Shown here in pieces: positions 1 to 10,301 of a stretch of 64,000 bases of DNA. Under the pieces are notes generated by a model. It had not been told where the DNA came from and searched no databases. It was given only the letters and a program-made list of their open reading frames with translations. Each line of letters opens with the position of its first letter. Positions within the stretch are counted from its first letter, which is position 1. The stretch covers positions 1-64,000 of IMG/VR virus record IMGVR_UViG_3300020442_000013; one strand, given 5' to 3'. The DNA is from a virus. The translations under genes and the position numbers were made by a program.

Positions 1-348
1 CACAAATGTACTAGCGAATGCACTTAATACTAAAAAAGAAGTACTAACTGGTACTCCTATCCTTGTAAGTATTAATAATAGTCCTGGCGCCATTGCATGG
101 TACCATTGTATTTCTTGGAAGGGTATCTTGTTTAACCTGCCATAGCTGATGTCACCGCCATTGGTGTACCAACCATACCAAAGTGTATACAGTAGAACAG
201 CCGAAGCAGCTCCCCACATAACTTTCCAATTAAATTTATCGTTATTACTTGCGATCCATGTACCTAAAGTTTGTACGGAATCATTTGCGATAACTGAGTA
301 ACCTGCGAATAGGAAACCTACAGCCATCCATAAGGTGAGTGCGTCCAT
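1..348 (-). CDS. Multi-pass membrane protein, putative phosphate-permease-like transporter (5' part; runs off the window)
   Basis: Hand-translated, not in ORF track: MDALTLWMAVGFLFAGYSVIANDSVQTLGTWIASN...GVPVSTSFLVLS. ANDS and PVSTS motifs resemble PiT-family signatures; GAGGAG RBS upstream. Confidence 0.55.
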   Translation of the reverse strand, partial: MDALTLWMAVGFLFAGYSVIANDSVQTLGTWIASNNDKFNWKVMWGAASAVLLYTLWYGWYTNGGDISYGRLNKIPFQEIQWYHAMAPGLLLILTRIGVPVSTSFLVLSAFASTFV

Positions 349-420
349 TTTTTATCTCCTCTGCTTGCCGCTTTTACCACGGCGCTCACAAATTAAGACC
401 AGGCTCGACTACTGCCTGGC

Positions 421-472
421 TGTAACGGAATTGTTACAACTTTACTTATAAGATAAATGTTTGATTTTGTCA
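421..472 (-). promoter_or_regulatory. Sigma70-like promoter (TTGACA..TATAAG) with a downstream TGTAAC-N6-GTTACA palindrome
   Basis: tgtcaa near 468-473 on + strand; palindrome tgtaac ggaatt gttaca at 421-438 lies between the promoter and the transporter gene. Confidence 0.45.
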
Positions 473-497
473 AGGAAAAGATTAAAGTTTTGTTACA

Positions 498-827
498 CTA
501 GGGATTATGATGATATTCCCAAGTCACACCTTCTTGTTCATTTAAGGCTTTGCGTAGTTCTTCCATAACTATTGCCCTGTCCTTAGCTTGTTTGTGTTCT
601 TTACATATTTCTTTAGACATTAATATTCTATCCATTCTACAATCCATTTCAGTGACATCACTTAACACTCTATCATTGGTTGTCTTTTCACCTGATAGCA
701 TTAGAAGTCCATCAACGCCTGTCTTGATATTATTCACTGTGCCTACAAATGGAGGAAGTGTACAGCTTGTCATAGTTAGGAGGACAGAGCCAAAAAGAAT
801 AGTTTTATGAATATTAAGAAATCTCAT
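498..827 (-). CDS. Putative lipoprotein
   Basis: Signal-peptide-like N-terminus with lipobox-like MTSC. Confidence 0.5.
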   Translation of the reverse strand: MRFLNIHKTILFGSVLLTMTSCTLPPFVGTVNNIKTGVDGLLMLSGEKTTNDRVLSDVTEMDCRMDRILMSKEICKEHKQAKDRAIVMEELRKALNEQEGVTWEYHHNP

Positions 828-1360
828 AATTGTCTAATATACTACAAAAACTTTATAATGTCAATCCTTTTTGGTATTATGCAACTCAAATAATACTTTA
901 ACCTTTTCTTGCAATGTATGAATACTTGCATGCATTTTGGCGAGCACAATGACTAAGCCTACGAATGCAACTAATATTGGCCAGATAGTATTGACTACCG
1001 GTATTACTGTTTCCATATCTAAATTTCACGCCCTTCTCCCTGTGAACATTTTTGGGTATGACTATTTAACTTTTGTAGTCAGCAATTTAACTACACTTTT
1101 TATTCTCAGTGTTGCAAAAATAGCAAGACAGCCTTTACTCAGAAAAACTCCTAGTTTTCTTGTCACTTGTATAAATATAGGTGATAGACAAAAAAGTTCT
1201 TTTTTGCTTATACACATACAGACACTGGGATAGACCGGGGAGTTGAAAGCACTCCTTAAATAGCAATTGACGGTATCCAAAGGATATTGCACCGCCGGGG
1301 AAGTTCCGGGGTATTGCTTTCCTCAAGCATCCAAAAACATATCAGAAACAGGAGATTCAT

Positions 1361-1534
1361 ATGAAATATGTGACTAAAGTCCTACGGAAACTTTTTGGAT
1401 CAAGTTCCAATCAAGATCATAGTTTCCTAATATGGGCTAAAACAGAGTACGGTAAAGATTGGCGTTTTGCTTATCAGCACCTAAAAGACTTTGGCACTCC
1501 TCCAGAACATGGAGTACATTATAATGCTAGATAA
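1361..1534 (+). CDS. Small hypothetical protein (57 aa)
   Basis: Hand-translated MKYVTKVLRKLFG...WAKTEYGKDWRFAY; AGGAG RBS; first of an overlapping small-ORF operon. Confidence 0.6.
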   Translation: MKYVTKVLRKLFGSSSNQDHSFLIWAKTEYGKDWRFAYQHLKDFGTPPEHGVHYNAR

Positions 1535-1694
1535 AATTAAACAGTGGTTCAAAGATTTCGGAAAACCACTTGAACAAAAATATCTTGAACAAGCCAAAGA
1601 CCATTACGATCTTGAACAACGTATGAAAAGGATTGAACGCAGACAAGCACCTTTTCAACATAACACTATAACTTACAGCAGAGGATATTATTAA
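1524..1694 (+). CDS. DUF3563-like small protein
   Basis: EQKYLEQAKDHYDLEQRMKRIE resembles the DUF3563 pattern; GGAG RBS. Confidence 0.55.
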   Translation: MLDKIKQWFKDFGKPLEQKYLEQAKDHYDLEQRMKRIERRQAPFQHNTITYSRGYY

Positions 1695-1695
1695 A

Positions 1696-1869
1696 ATGAC
1701 AGCTTTAACACTAACTTATTGTGCCTTTTGCGATTTTGCATCAAAGGTATTTACAAACATGATCAAATCATTTGAAGCCATCGGAAATGCAAGAGCCGCC
1801 CATGAATTAGCAAGAATGGGATTACATAAAGAAGCCAAAGCATTAATGACTGGGAGAAAAGATGATTAA
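1696..1869 (+). CDS. Small protein, DUF1127-like/Rhodobacterales-type
   Basis: Hand-translated MTALTLTY...GNARAAHELARMGLHKEAKALM; GAGG RBS. Confidence 0.45.
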   Translation: MTALTLTYCAFCDFASKVFTNMIKSFEAIGNARAAHELARMGLHKEAKALMTGRKDD

Positions 1870-2018
1870 AGAAATTGCATATACAGTTTTACCGCTCATT
1901 ATAATGGTATCTATATTAGTAGGAGTATTTGCTCTTAATGCTATGAGATATGGAGGAATGTTTTAATGTGGCCTTACACAGATGATGAAGTTGATTTCAT
2001 AAATGGAAAAAGGAAGTA

Positions 2019-2207
2019 ATGAAAGTAAACCCAAACTTGATGGTAAAGGCAATAGTAAAACTAAGAATGTTTTACGCTGATATCAGAGGGCATCATGGGA
2101 AACATTGGAATTACGAACCTTCCAAACATTATTTAGGAATGAGACAATCAAAAAAATATAAGACAGGTAGAGTCCTCCGCCAAGAAGACTCTACCACTTC
2201 TTTCTAA
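2019..2207 (+). CDS. Hypothetical protein
   Basis: ORF with AGGA RBS, continues the small-ORF operon. Confidence 0.5.
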   Translation: MKVNPNLMVKAIVKLRMFYADIRGHHGKHWNYEPSKHYLGMRQSKKYKTGRVLRQEDSTTSF

Positions 2208-2219
2208 GTGTTATAAATT

Positions 2220-2453
2220 TTACTTGCGATTGTATATATGATATAACACCCATACAGCAACTAAGCCAACTAATCCTTGTGCTGACAACGCTGTCATCAT
2301 TGCAATAATATTGTCGACTATATTGATGTTAGGCCAGAACGGAATGCCCTGTCCGTTGAAAAGGATTTCTAGAACAATGCCAAGAGCGATAATAGATATT
2401 CCTACTTCGGTAATGGCACTCGCCCAACCTTTTATTTTAGTTAAGATTTCCAT
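2220..2453 (-). CDS. Small membrane protein
   Basis: Two hydrophobic helices; AGGGAG RBS. Confidence 0.65.
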   Translation of the reverse strand: MEILTKIKGWASAITEVGISIIALGIVLEILFNGQGIPFWPNINIVDNIIAMMTALSAQGLVGLVAVWVLYHIYNRK

Positions 2454-2634
2454 GTGGATCTCCCTTCTTATGTTGCTGAGTATTTCTACCCAGTCAATTA
2501 TTTAGAGTGATAGAAATATGAATTAAACTAGCATAAATGGTTTTTGATATCATAAAAGGCGATTTTTTTCTTGACAATATATAAATACTTTGTTAAATTA
2601 ATAACACTACACACATACACACAAGGAGAATAAA

Positions 2635-2955
2635 ATGAGCGTAGATACAAAATACGGCGAAGCTATCTTTAAACAGACCCAAGAGGTTGCAGAAATGTTT
2701 AAGGCGGCAATGCCAAAAATCACAACAAATAAAAATGGATATGAAATCCGTACAAAGGTTCTCGAGATGGCCCAAGGCAATGTCTGGAATGACTATCATG
2801 CTAAATTTGGTGGATGGGAACAATCTGTAAAACGTGATCCTAAAACTAATGAGATTGTAAGCACTATTACAATGCCAGAAGTACCAGGAACAGACGCAGT
2901 ATTAGAGGCGGCTGAAAAGTTTTACGAATTTGTAAGCGGTAAGACTAATAAGTAA
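2635..2955 (+). CDS. Conserved phage hypothetical protein
   Basis: AAGGAG RBS; TATAAATA late-promoter-like box at about 2580; NGYEIR..LEMA motif. Confidence 0.7.
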   Translation: MSVDTKYGEAIFKQTQEVAEMFKAAMPKITTNKNGYEIRTKVLEMAQGNVWNDYHAKFGGWEQSVKRDPKTNEIVSTITMPEVPGTDAVLEAAEKFYEFVSGKTNK

Positions 2956-3153
2956 AGTAATCGTAACAAGTATAATGGAGCATAGCTCCTAAGAACAATA
3001 TGAGATACAGAAGCCCCTAGTAGCAGAAATGTTGCTAGGGGTTAATCTATTTACAGTTGTCGCAACGACAACCTGTACAAACATCGTTCGCACATTGCTT
3101 GCATTCTTTATTGCAGTGGCTGTCGCATCCACATTTTTCACATTTACATTCAA

Positions 3154-3624
3154 TCATTTAGTATACCACAAATAACCTAAGAAAATAACGAAAGCACCAA
3201 TACAAATAACTAATCCTATAACGGCAATTATTTCTAGTATTTGTCTCCTACGTTCTTCTTGTGCATAGATCATTTGTTGCCTTTTCTTTCTAATATCCGC
3301 TTCTGTTTTAATTAACTCGTCCCAAGCAGATGGTCCTCTGGTAGCTACAATAATTTGTCTTAGTTGATCACGCATATCTTGTGCTTTTTTCTTAGCCATA
3401 AAGATTTGCATCGCTTCTTCCTCAACACTACCTGCTTGGAAAAGTTTTTTAAAAATAGGAGGCTTCTTATTCATCTCCTCAGATTTTTTTAGATCAGACA
3501 TGTGATTCATCCAACGGCCTAGATCTCCTGCCATTGATTCTATATCACGTCCTACACTAAATCCGGATTTAATTGCATTAAATGCGGCTGTTGCTCCTGC
3601 AATCGCTGTAATTGGATCTATCAA
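3154..3624 (-). CDS. Hypothetical protein with C-terminal TM helix
   Basis: [16 protein letters not shown]-terminus common in marine phage ORFs; C-terminal hydrophobic stretch. Confidence 0.65.
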   Translation of the reverse strand: MIDPITAIAGATAAFNAIKSGFSVGRDIESMAGDLGRWMNHMSDLKKSEEMNKKPPIFKKLFQAGSVEEEAMQIFMAKKKAQDMRDQLRQIIVATRGPSAWDELIKTEADIRKKRQQMIYAQEERRRQILEIIAVIGLVICIGAFVIFLGYLWYTK

Positions 3625-3698
3625 TCATCTTACCTTCCTGGCTATGCCCTTGTCAAGAAGTTACCCTCTGTAGCAGTATTTATGTTAAATATAGTATA

Positions 3699-4901
3699 AT
3701 GATTGATCTCACCCCTTTTTCTAACACTATAAGTAATCTAAAAGACTCTGGCAACTATAGAGTGTTTAACGATATACTTAGAGAGCGTGGAGAATTTCCT
3801 AAATCAATATGGTACGGACCTTACAATATTAAAAATATTGTCAATTGGTGTAGCAATGATTATTTAGGCATGGGGCAGAGCAAAATTGTTATTGACGCTA
3901 TGCATACTGCATTGGATCAAACTGGCAGCGGATCTGGCGGTACGCGAAACATAAGTGGTACGTCACATTATCATGTGGCGTTAGAACATGAACTGGCAAG
4001 TTTACATAAGAAGCCAGGTGGATTGTTGTTTACAAGTGCTTATGTTGCAAATGAATGGACACTAATCGCATTAAGCAAAATCATTCCCGACATTGTATTT
4101 TTAAGTGATAGTAATAATCACGCCTCTATCATCGCAGGTATAAAACACAGTGGTGCTGACAAGATGATATGGAAGCACAATGATATAAGCGACTTAGAAG
4201 AGAAATTGAAGGAAAACCGATCATCAGGACGCACTCCTTGTATTGTGTTCGAGTCTGTGTATAGCATGGATGGTGACCACTCCCCAATTTCTCAAGTCTG
4301 TGACCTTGCTGAGCAATACGGTGCGATGACCTACATTGATGAAGTTCATGCTGTTGGTTTGTATGGACAAACGGGTGCAGGATACTGCGAAGCAGTAGGG
4401 GAAGACCGTGTTGATATAATCAACGGAACCCTTGGCAAGGCTTTTGGAGTTCAAGGGGGTTACATTGTGGGAGATAAGGTCGTCATAGACGCAATCCGAA
4501 GTGTAGCTAGTGGATTTATTTTCACCACCTCCATGTCACCCGTTATATGTGCAGGTGCTCTTGCTTCAATTAAATACCTTAAGGATCACAATGAGCTAAG
4601 AGAACGACATCAAGAACGTGCTATAAAACTTAAAAAAGATTTGACAGAAGTTGGCATAGAGGTGTTAGATTGTGCGTCAACTCATATTGTACCTGTGATG
4701 GTACGTGATCCAAAAAAATGCAAACTTATGAGCGACATGTTATTAGATGATTATAATATCTACATACAGCCTATAAACTATCCCACAGTTCAAAGAGGCA
4801 CAGAGAGATTAAGGATAGCACCTACTCCTTTACATACAGATGCAATGATGCATGATCTTGTTGAAGCATTAAGGAAAACATTTAAGCGAACGAAAGGATA
4901 G
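3699..4901 (+). CDS. hemA: 5-aminolevulinate synthase (PLP-dependent, Shemin pathway)
   Basis: [37 protein letters not shown] (PLP lysine), [14 protein letters not shown] motifs. Start placed at MIDL. Confidence 0.93.
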   Translation: MIDLTPFSNTISNLKDSGNYRVFNDILRERGEFPKSIWYGPYNIKNIVNWCSNDYLGMGQSKIVIDAMHTALDQTGSGSGGTRNISGTSHYHVALEHELASLHKKPGGLLFTSAYVANEWTLIALSKIIPDIVFLSDSNNHASIIAGIKHSGADKMIWKHNDISDLEEKLKENRSSGRTPCIVFESVYSMDGDHSPISQVCDLAEQYGAMTYIDEVHAVGLYGQTGAGYCEAVGEDRVDIINGTLGKAFGVQGGYIVGDKVVIDAIRSVASGFIFTTSMSPVICAGALASIKYLKDHNELRERHQERAIKLKKDLTEVGIEVLDCASTHIVPVMVRDPKKCKLMSDMLLDDYNIYIQPINYPTVQRGTERLRIAPTPLHTDAMMHDLVEALRKTFKRTKG

Positions 4902-4902
4902 A

Positions 4903-5322
4903 ATGGAAAAAATAAAAAAATATATGTATATGAGTATAGGATTTCTATGTGTAGGATTAGCCTACATAGGATTCGTTACTCCCGGAATACCATTTAGCAT
5001 ATTTCTAGTCATAGCGGCTTGGGCATTTGCTAAAAGTTCTAAAAGAATGGAAGCATGGTTATATAACCATCCATGGTTTGGCAAGTTCTTAACCAACTGG
5101 ACAAAGAAAAGAGTATTTCCAACAAAAGGAAAGTATGCCATGGTATTAGTAATGGCATCTACGTTAGCATTTACATACTACATGACTGCAAATTTAAATG
5201 CGGTATTATGGAGCGGAGGCTTTATGGCAATGGTTGCTGTATGGGCTTGGAGATATCCTGGCTCACTAGAAGAACATGCTCGAAGAATTAAGGAAGGCAG
5301 GCGTATAGCTTGGCTAAAATAA
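4903..5322 (+). CDS. YbaN/DUF454 inner membrane protein
   Basis: IGFVTPGIP..FLVIAAWAFAKSS.R...WL.NHPWFG pattern. Confidence 0.8.
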   Translation: MEKIKKYMYMSIGFLCVGLAYIGFVTPGIPFSIFLVIAAWAFAKSSKRMEAWLYNHPWFGKFLTNWTKKRVFPTKGKYAMVLVMASTLAFTYYMTANLNAVLWSGGFMAMVAVWAWRYPGSLEEHARRIKEGRRIAWLK

Positions 5323-5323
5323 A

Positions 5324-5506
5324 ATGGAATGGGACGACCCCCAAATTCATACAGTTGAGGAATTCCTCACAGATGAGCGAGATGCTCTTATCGATCTTCT
5401 CGCTCAACTTAACAAAAATCCTGACATCGATAACGCAGAACAAATAACAAAAATACTGCATGTTATTGATTATCTTAACGAACGCCTAGCAGGCAAGTAC
5501 CAATAA
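5324..5506 (+). CDS. Hypothetical protein
   Basis: Tightly packed ORF in the operon. Confidence 0.5.
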   Translation: MEWDDPQIHTVEEFLTDERDALIDLLAQLNKNPDIDNAEQITKILHVIDYLNERLAGKYQ

Positions 5507-5546
5507 TAAATATTGGTATATACAAAAATAAATTACGGAGGACCTC

Positions 5547-5960
5547 ATGAGTAATAGATTTCACTTAGCCATAGAAGGTGGCGATTTATCTATAACTGTG
5601 CCTTGGTACGTAAATGTACTAGGTTGCACACTTGATATGGCAGAAGAAGGTAAATGGCAAGACATTGATTTTTGGGGTAACGAACTTACTCTACATGCTA
5701 CTGAACATAGGATAGCCAAAAGTCCAGAAAGGCAAAGGCATAGTGTAGATATGGGAGAAGTTTGCGTACCACATTTCGGAATTCATCTAGCATATGATGA
5801 CTATATAAAAGTAAAAGAAAGTGTTAAAATGCACACAGGATTTTTAGATAAACCTTACACTAGGTTTGCTGAAAGTGATTATCAACAAGAAACTTTCTTT
5901 GTAGAAGATCCAAATTTTAATGTGCTAGAAATTAAAAGTATGCAAAGAGATAATGAATAA
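5547..5960 (+). CDS. VOC/glyoxalase-family protein
   Basis: FHLAI, W.DIDFWGNELTLH, VPHFGI, QETFFVEDP.FN.LEIKS motifs. Confidence 0.85.
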   Translation: MSNRFHLAIEGGDLSITVPWYVNVLGCTLDMAEEGKWQDIDFWGNELTLHATEHRIAKSPERQRHSVDMGEVCVPHFGIHLAYDDYIKVKESVKMHTGFLDKPYTRFAESDYQQETFFVEDPNFNVLEIKSMQRDNE

Positions 5961-6519
5961 AGAAACTATTTTTAGAGTTACATTATTTAATTCAACATAT
6001 GATGGCGACTTAGAACCTATCATTAAAGGTTGTAAATTATTAGCCGAGAAAAACCAAGGTGTCAAAAAAACCAACAACCATGGCTATCAAAGCACAGATG
6101 ATCTGCACACAAAAATTTTTATGGATCCTTTAATGAGATGGATTTGTAATGAAAGTATAGATGCTTTCAACCATTTGAACTGCCCAAAACAACAAGTAGA
6201 AATAGAAGGATGCTGGTTTAATATTAATAAAAATTTAAATGCTCATAATCAAATACATATCCATTCGGGGATACTAAGCGGAGTATTTTATTTACAAGCA
6301 CCTGAAGGGTCTGGTGACATAAAATTTATAAACACCGGTTTCAATCAATTATGGACAGGGACAAAAGAATGTACTGCTCCTAATGTAGATAATGCATTTT
6401 CAATAAATGTCAAACCTACAGCTGGAAAATTGTTTTTATGGCCTAGTTACCTATACCATTGTGTAGACAGCAATTCTAAAGAAGTTGAAAGAATATCTAT
6501 CAGCTTTAATCTTAAATAA
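5953..6519 (+). CDS. 2OG-Fe(II) oxygenase (TIGR02466-like)
   Basis: HIH..LSGVFYL, LWPSYLYHCV, RISISFN. Confidence 0.8.
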   Translation: MNKETIFRVTLFNSTYDGDLEPIIKGCKLLAEKNQGVKKTNNHGYQSTDDLHTKIFMDPLMRWICNESIDAFNHLNCPKQQVEIEGCWFNINKNLNAHNQIHIHSGILSGVFYLQAPEGSGDIKFINTGFNQLWTGTKECTAPNVDNAFSINVKPTAGKLFLWPSYLYHCVDSNSKEVERISISFNLK

Positions 6520-6948
6520 TTATTTTTGTACAATATATTTTGGTTTAAGATCTATGTTGATCTTTTTAGACTGGCCTGGTGCTGGCGCAAACCCGTTTCC
6601 ACTTAATAGTAAACACGCATTTCTGTTAGGCAACACAGCATTTACAGTATAAGTTGCTGTTTCTGCATTTACTGTCAGAACTAATGTAGCAGGAACTGGT
6701 TGTCCGTTAGCTGATAACACAACCATGCCATTACCGATTGCAAATGGAGTTTCTCCCCATGTTTCACTCAATGCTTTACTAACGTTATCCATTGTATCGC
6801 ACCTTACTAGCAGATGTAATGCCATAGAAGGTTGCCATTCTTCAGTTTTTTTTGTATCGTTGTCTTGGGTGTTTGGTTTACTCTGTTCTGCAAATGCTGT
6901 TGGCACAAATAATGAACAGATAATAACCAACATAGCTATTAATCGCAT
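6520..6948 (-). CDS. Secreted hypothetical protein
   Basis: Signal peptide ending AFA; two cysteines. Confidence 0.6.
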   Translation of the reverse strand: MRLIAMLVIICSLFVPTAFAEQSKPNTQDNDTKKTEEWQPSMALHLLVRCDTMDNVSKALSETWGETPFAIGNGMVVLSANGQPVPATLVLTVNAETATYTVNAVLPNRNACLLLSGNGFAPAPGQSKKINIDLKPKYIVQK

Positions 6949-6978
6949 GTGTGTATCTCCTGTAATATTATTTATATG

Positions 6979-7551
6979 TTAAATGTATTGATTGAACACT
7001 TGTTGGCCGCACAATTCTAACGCACTTACATATTGCTCTTGTCCTTGCGAACCGAAGATAATATCATCGTTAGGATCTGCTAGTAGCCATGCAAGTTTTT
7101 CTGTGTAAGGACCATGTCCATTGACTTCTGCATGAAGTTGTCCTGGTTGCCATGCAGTGATGCCTGCAAATATTCTATAATACACAGGAATATCACCTTG
7201 CCCTAGTTTTTCAAACATAAGCATATCACTACTCACTGCAAGTTTATGAGCTGACTTTGTAGTGTGTTGTGAACTCCATTCATCACTATGCAACATCATT
7301 AATACACTTGGATTAATTGGTCCGCCTTTGAATAATTTAGGACGTCCGTCTGTAAAAAGTATACCTTTCTCATTGCAGATTTTTTTGACACTTGTGTTAC
7401 TATTTAAATTTAAAATCAAGCCTATTGTTGCATCGTCTGTGTCTTGCGTAACGTAGATAACAGTTTCTTTGAAAGGGTTTCCTACAGGTAACTTAGGATG
7501 AGCGATCAGAAGTTTTCCTTGATAGTTCTCTAGTAAACTTTGATTAGACAT
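6979..7551 (-). CDS. YqgE/AlgH (DUF179) family protein
   Basis: GKLLIAHP, GLILN, GGP, LHS, W.PGQL..E...W motifs. Confidence 0.8.
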   Translation of the reverse strand: MSNQSLLENYQGKLLIAHPKLPVGNPFKETVIYVTQDTDDATIGLILNLNSNTSVKKICNEKGILFTDGRPKLFKGGPINPSVLMMLHSDEWSSQHTTKSAHKLAVSSDMLMFEKLGQGDIPVYYRIFAGITAWQPGQLHAEVNGHGPYTEKLAWLLADPNDDIIFGSQGQEQYVSALELCGQQVFNQYI

Positions 7552-8444
7552 TATCCTATTGCCGTTCTTATGTTGCCTAGTGCGGCCATAGCCGTATCGT
7601 AATTAATACCGGCTTTGTTGCCGATTTTATCACCTGCATAATAACTTCTGCCTGACATATCTTTTGGCAAACCTGCCCAAGTTTTAGATAAACGTTTTAA
7701 AAAGTCTTCGTCTGATGTTTTTCCACGCATCCATCTGTCTAATCCATGGTTTAATCTTAAATGATATATAACAATCTTATCTTGTATCTCTGGAGTAAAC
7801 TTTGTTTTACGTGGGTCAAGCCCCATAGATTTTGCAACACCAATTAATGTTTTTCTTATGTATTGGTATCTACCGCTTGCACTGGATCCATGTTTTCTTG
7901 CTCTTTTACGCATGTCAGCATAAAGTTCTGCAAGGGTCATGTCTAGTATTTCTGGTTTGCGTCTGCCAGGATATACACTATCGTATCTACCACCTGATTC
8001 TGGTTTAGCAATTAAATCTAATAAGTCACCTATCTTACCAGGAGTTTCGCTTGGTGGTCCACTGAATGTTGGCATTGGTCCTATTTCTCCTCCGCCAGCG
8101 GCAGTTTTGTCAATCTTTACAGGTTCAACTTTTGGAGTCGTTCCTTTTTGTATTGAATCAATTTTCTCAGCCGCGGTAGTACCGAACTCTAATCCGCTAC
8201 CTGGAACATTATAGTCCTTCTTGAAAGCTCTTACAGCCCTTGTTGTTCTAGGACCATACTTGCCGTCTACGCCTGTAGAACCTACATCGTAACCTAGATC
8301 TTCTAAGGCTTGTTGTAACATTTTAACTTTTGGCACATCTTCCTTAGGATAAGGAGGACCAGCTTGTAACATACCATCTGCTGTGAGGTCGCGAATGGTA
8401 TCAAGTTCATCTGTGCCTACATTAAATATTTCACTGGTTATCAT
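7551..8444 (-). CDS. Peptidoglycan-binding domain plus lysozyme-like muramidase
   Basis: LQQAL..LGY..G..DGKYGPRT..AVRAF (PG-binding 1); ES.G.Y, SASGRYQ, TWAGLP (lambda-lysozyme-like). Confidence 0.8.
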   Translation of the reverse strand: MITSEIFNVGTDELDTIRDLTADGMLQAGPPYPKEDVPKVKMLQQALEDLGYDVGSTGVDGKYGPRTTRAVRAFKKDYNVPGSGLEFGTTAAEKIDSIQKGTTPKVEPVKIDKTAAGGGEIGPMPTFSGPPSETPGKIGDLLDLIAKPESGGRYDSVYPGRRKPEILDMTLAELYADMRKRARKHGSSASGRYQYIRKTLIGVAKSMGLDPRKTKFTPEIQDKIVIYHLRLNHGLDRWMRGKTSDEDFLKRLSKTWAGLPKDMSGRSYYAGDKIGNKAGINYDTAMAALGNIRTAIG

Positions 8445-8573
8445 TGTGTCCTGTCTCTACAAGGTAAAGCATTGCTTTAAGTTCTTTAACTTGTTTTTCC
8501 AATTCCTCTATTCTTTCGTGTGCCTTTTTTAGTTCTTCAAGGCCTCTATAGCCGTATTCTGTTGCACCATCTT

Positions 8574-8984
8574 CTACCATTTACGACAACTCCAGTATCT
8601 AGCCTTTGTTCTAGGTCCTGGGTTATCACAGTTGTGTCTAGCACGAAAACTTTTACGTCTTTTTGGATTAGACTTTTTAATCTTCATGTTAGGATCACCA
8701 AAGTTTACTTTCTTAATGTTTTTTGTCTTAGGGTCACGCACATATACTTTGAACTTCTTGACATCACCACGCATTGGTTTACCAAGTTTTACTTTACGTC
8801 CCTGATACTCTGCTTCGTCTAAGTCATCATCTTCGTTGAACCACATTACTCCATATGTTTCATAGAAACTATCCATTTCATGTGTCTCTTCGTCTTCGCT
8901 AACACGAATACAATTAATTGTAGGTCTTAGATTATCTTCTAAGTTTGCAATTTCATTTTCATGCATTATATTTTTAAACTTCAT
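8574..8984 (-). CDS. Basic phage protein, putative internal head protein
   Basis: Acidic N-terminus then EAEYQGRKVKL...SFRARHNC...ARYWSCRKW, a family known from marine T4-like phages. Confidence 0.65.
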   Translation of the reverse strand: MKFKNIMHENEIANLEDNLRPTINCIRVSEDEETHEMDSFYETYGVMWFNEDDDLDEAEYQGRKVKLGKPMRGDVKKFKVYVRDPKTKNIKKVNFGDPNMKIKKSNPKRRKSFRARHNCDNPGPRTKARYWSCRKW

Positions 8985-8986
8985 AA

Positions 8987-9388
8987 TTATGTCCTCACGT
9001 TTTTAGCTTTGCCGCTTCTGTTTTTATTTGGGTCTTTTCTACGTTTACGGCTAGCAGATTTTGCTCTTTTCTTTTTGCCCATTGCATAAGCCTTTGATGA
9101 AGGTAAACATTTAGGCTTGCCTTCAGATTTACTTCCTCTTGCACATTGTCCTCTTATTTTTCCATCAGGCCCAAAACGTACCCATTTGTCTTTGAACCAC
9201 TTACGCAAATCCTCATTTACTTCTTCTGAAAATACTAGATCTCCACAGTAAACGCAATAGTCTACATGTTCTTTTTTAACACAGTTAGGCACACGCTTTC
9301 CGAACATTGTTTTCATGCCCTTCTTTTCATAGCCTTTCCAGCAACGAGTACCCTTCTCAACGATGTTAATTAAATCACGCATTCTCAT
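8987..9388 (-). CDS. Basic phage protein, putative internal head protein
   Basis: CWKGY..KGMK...VPNCV and EDLRKWFKDKWV...KPKCLP motifs. Confidence 0.65.
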   Translation of the reverse strand: MRMRDLINIVEKGTRCWKGYEKKGMKTMFGKRVPNCVKKEHVDYCVYCGDLVFSEEVNEDLRKWFKDKWVRFGPDGKIRGQCARGSKSEGKPKCLPSSKAYAMGKKKRAKSASRKRRKDPNKNRSGKAKNVRT

Positions 9389-9591
9389 TTTTTACTTTTG
9401 TTCCCCCAGTTTTTGGCACCAACCTTGCGGCATCTTACTAGAGCTCCGCTGGCATAAGCACTAGGCCATACTTTGTATCTTGACTTTACTTTATGATAAC
9501 AAGCATCTTTCTTTTCAGCCAGCTTCTCAAACTCTTCTTCAGTCAAAGGTTCTGTGCTTTCACCTTCTTGTAACATATCTTTTACTTTCAT
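9385..9591 (-). CDS. Basic phage protein, putative internal head protein
   Basis: KKDACYHKVKSRYKVWPSAYASGALV.CRK motif. Confidence 0.65.
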   Translation of the reverse strand: MKVKDMLQEGESTEPLTEEEFEKLAEKKDACYHKVKSRYKVWPSAYASGALVRCRKVGAKNWGNKSKK

Positions 9592-9608
9592 AGTATCACC
9601 TTTCTATT

Positions 9609-10301
9609 TTAATCCAACCCTACTTGTTTCAATGCTCTAGCAGTTCTAGCTTTAATTCTTGCTTTATCTGCATCAGGATTTTTCTTGCCTGTGCGTTTAG
9701 CAATTGGATCAACACTAATATGTTTTTCATAATCTCTAAAGTCAGACATACTTCTGCCTCTATCTGCAGGATCATTACTAACTTTAAATCTCTTATAACC
9801 TACTGCATCACCTGGTAAGCCTCCTGCTCCGAATTCCATACTGCCGTAACCTGTGCTAGGATCTTGTGTCATTCTTACATCTCCTGCACTCACACTAACT
9901 TTACCTTTCTTGATATTTTTACCATCCATATTATAGGTCGCTGATTGATCAACAACAACTTCAAAAGGTTTACCGTCTGGACCTATTGATTGAACTCTTG
10001 TGTTTACAGGTAATCTAATTACATTGTTTTTAAGATCGTAAACTTCTTGATAACCTGCTATCTTAGGTGTTGCATATGCAATCAATTTGCCGTCTTTAAA
10101 TGTGTACTTACCTGCACCACTACTTACAGTTCTATTACCATTTTTATCTGTGCCTAAACGTACACCATCATCAGTTGTCTTATCTGGTCCTGTTGGTGCC
10201 TGTGGTATAGGTTTTGCTATACCAATTGGTTTTATAACGTCTGGTAAAGTATTTTTTGCCTTTGACTTTACTACAAATTCTGTTATTTCAGTTATCTTCA
10301 T
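9609..10301 (-). CDS. Hypothetical protein, possibly virion-internal
   Basis: N-terminal MKITEITE; long ORF in the same cluster. Confidence 0.55.
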   Translation of the reverse strand: MKITEITEFVVKSKAKNTLPDVIKPIGIAKPIPQAPTGPDKTTDDGVRLGTDKNGNRTVSSGAGKYTFKDGKLIAYATPKIAGYQEVYDLKNNVIRLPVNTRVQSIGPDGKPFEVVVDQSATYNMDGKNIKKGKVSVSAGDVRMTQDPSTGYGSMEFGAGGLPGDAVGYKRFKVSNDPADRGRSMSDFRDYEKHISVDPIAKRTGKKNPDADKARIKARTARALKQVGLD

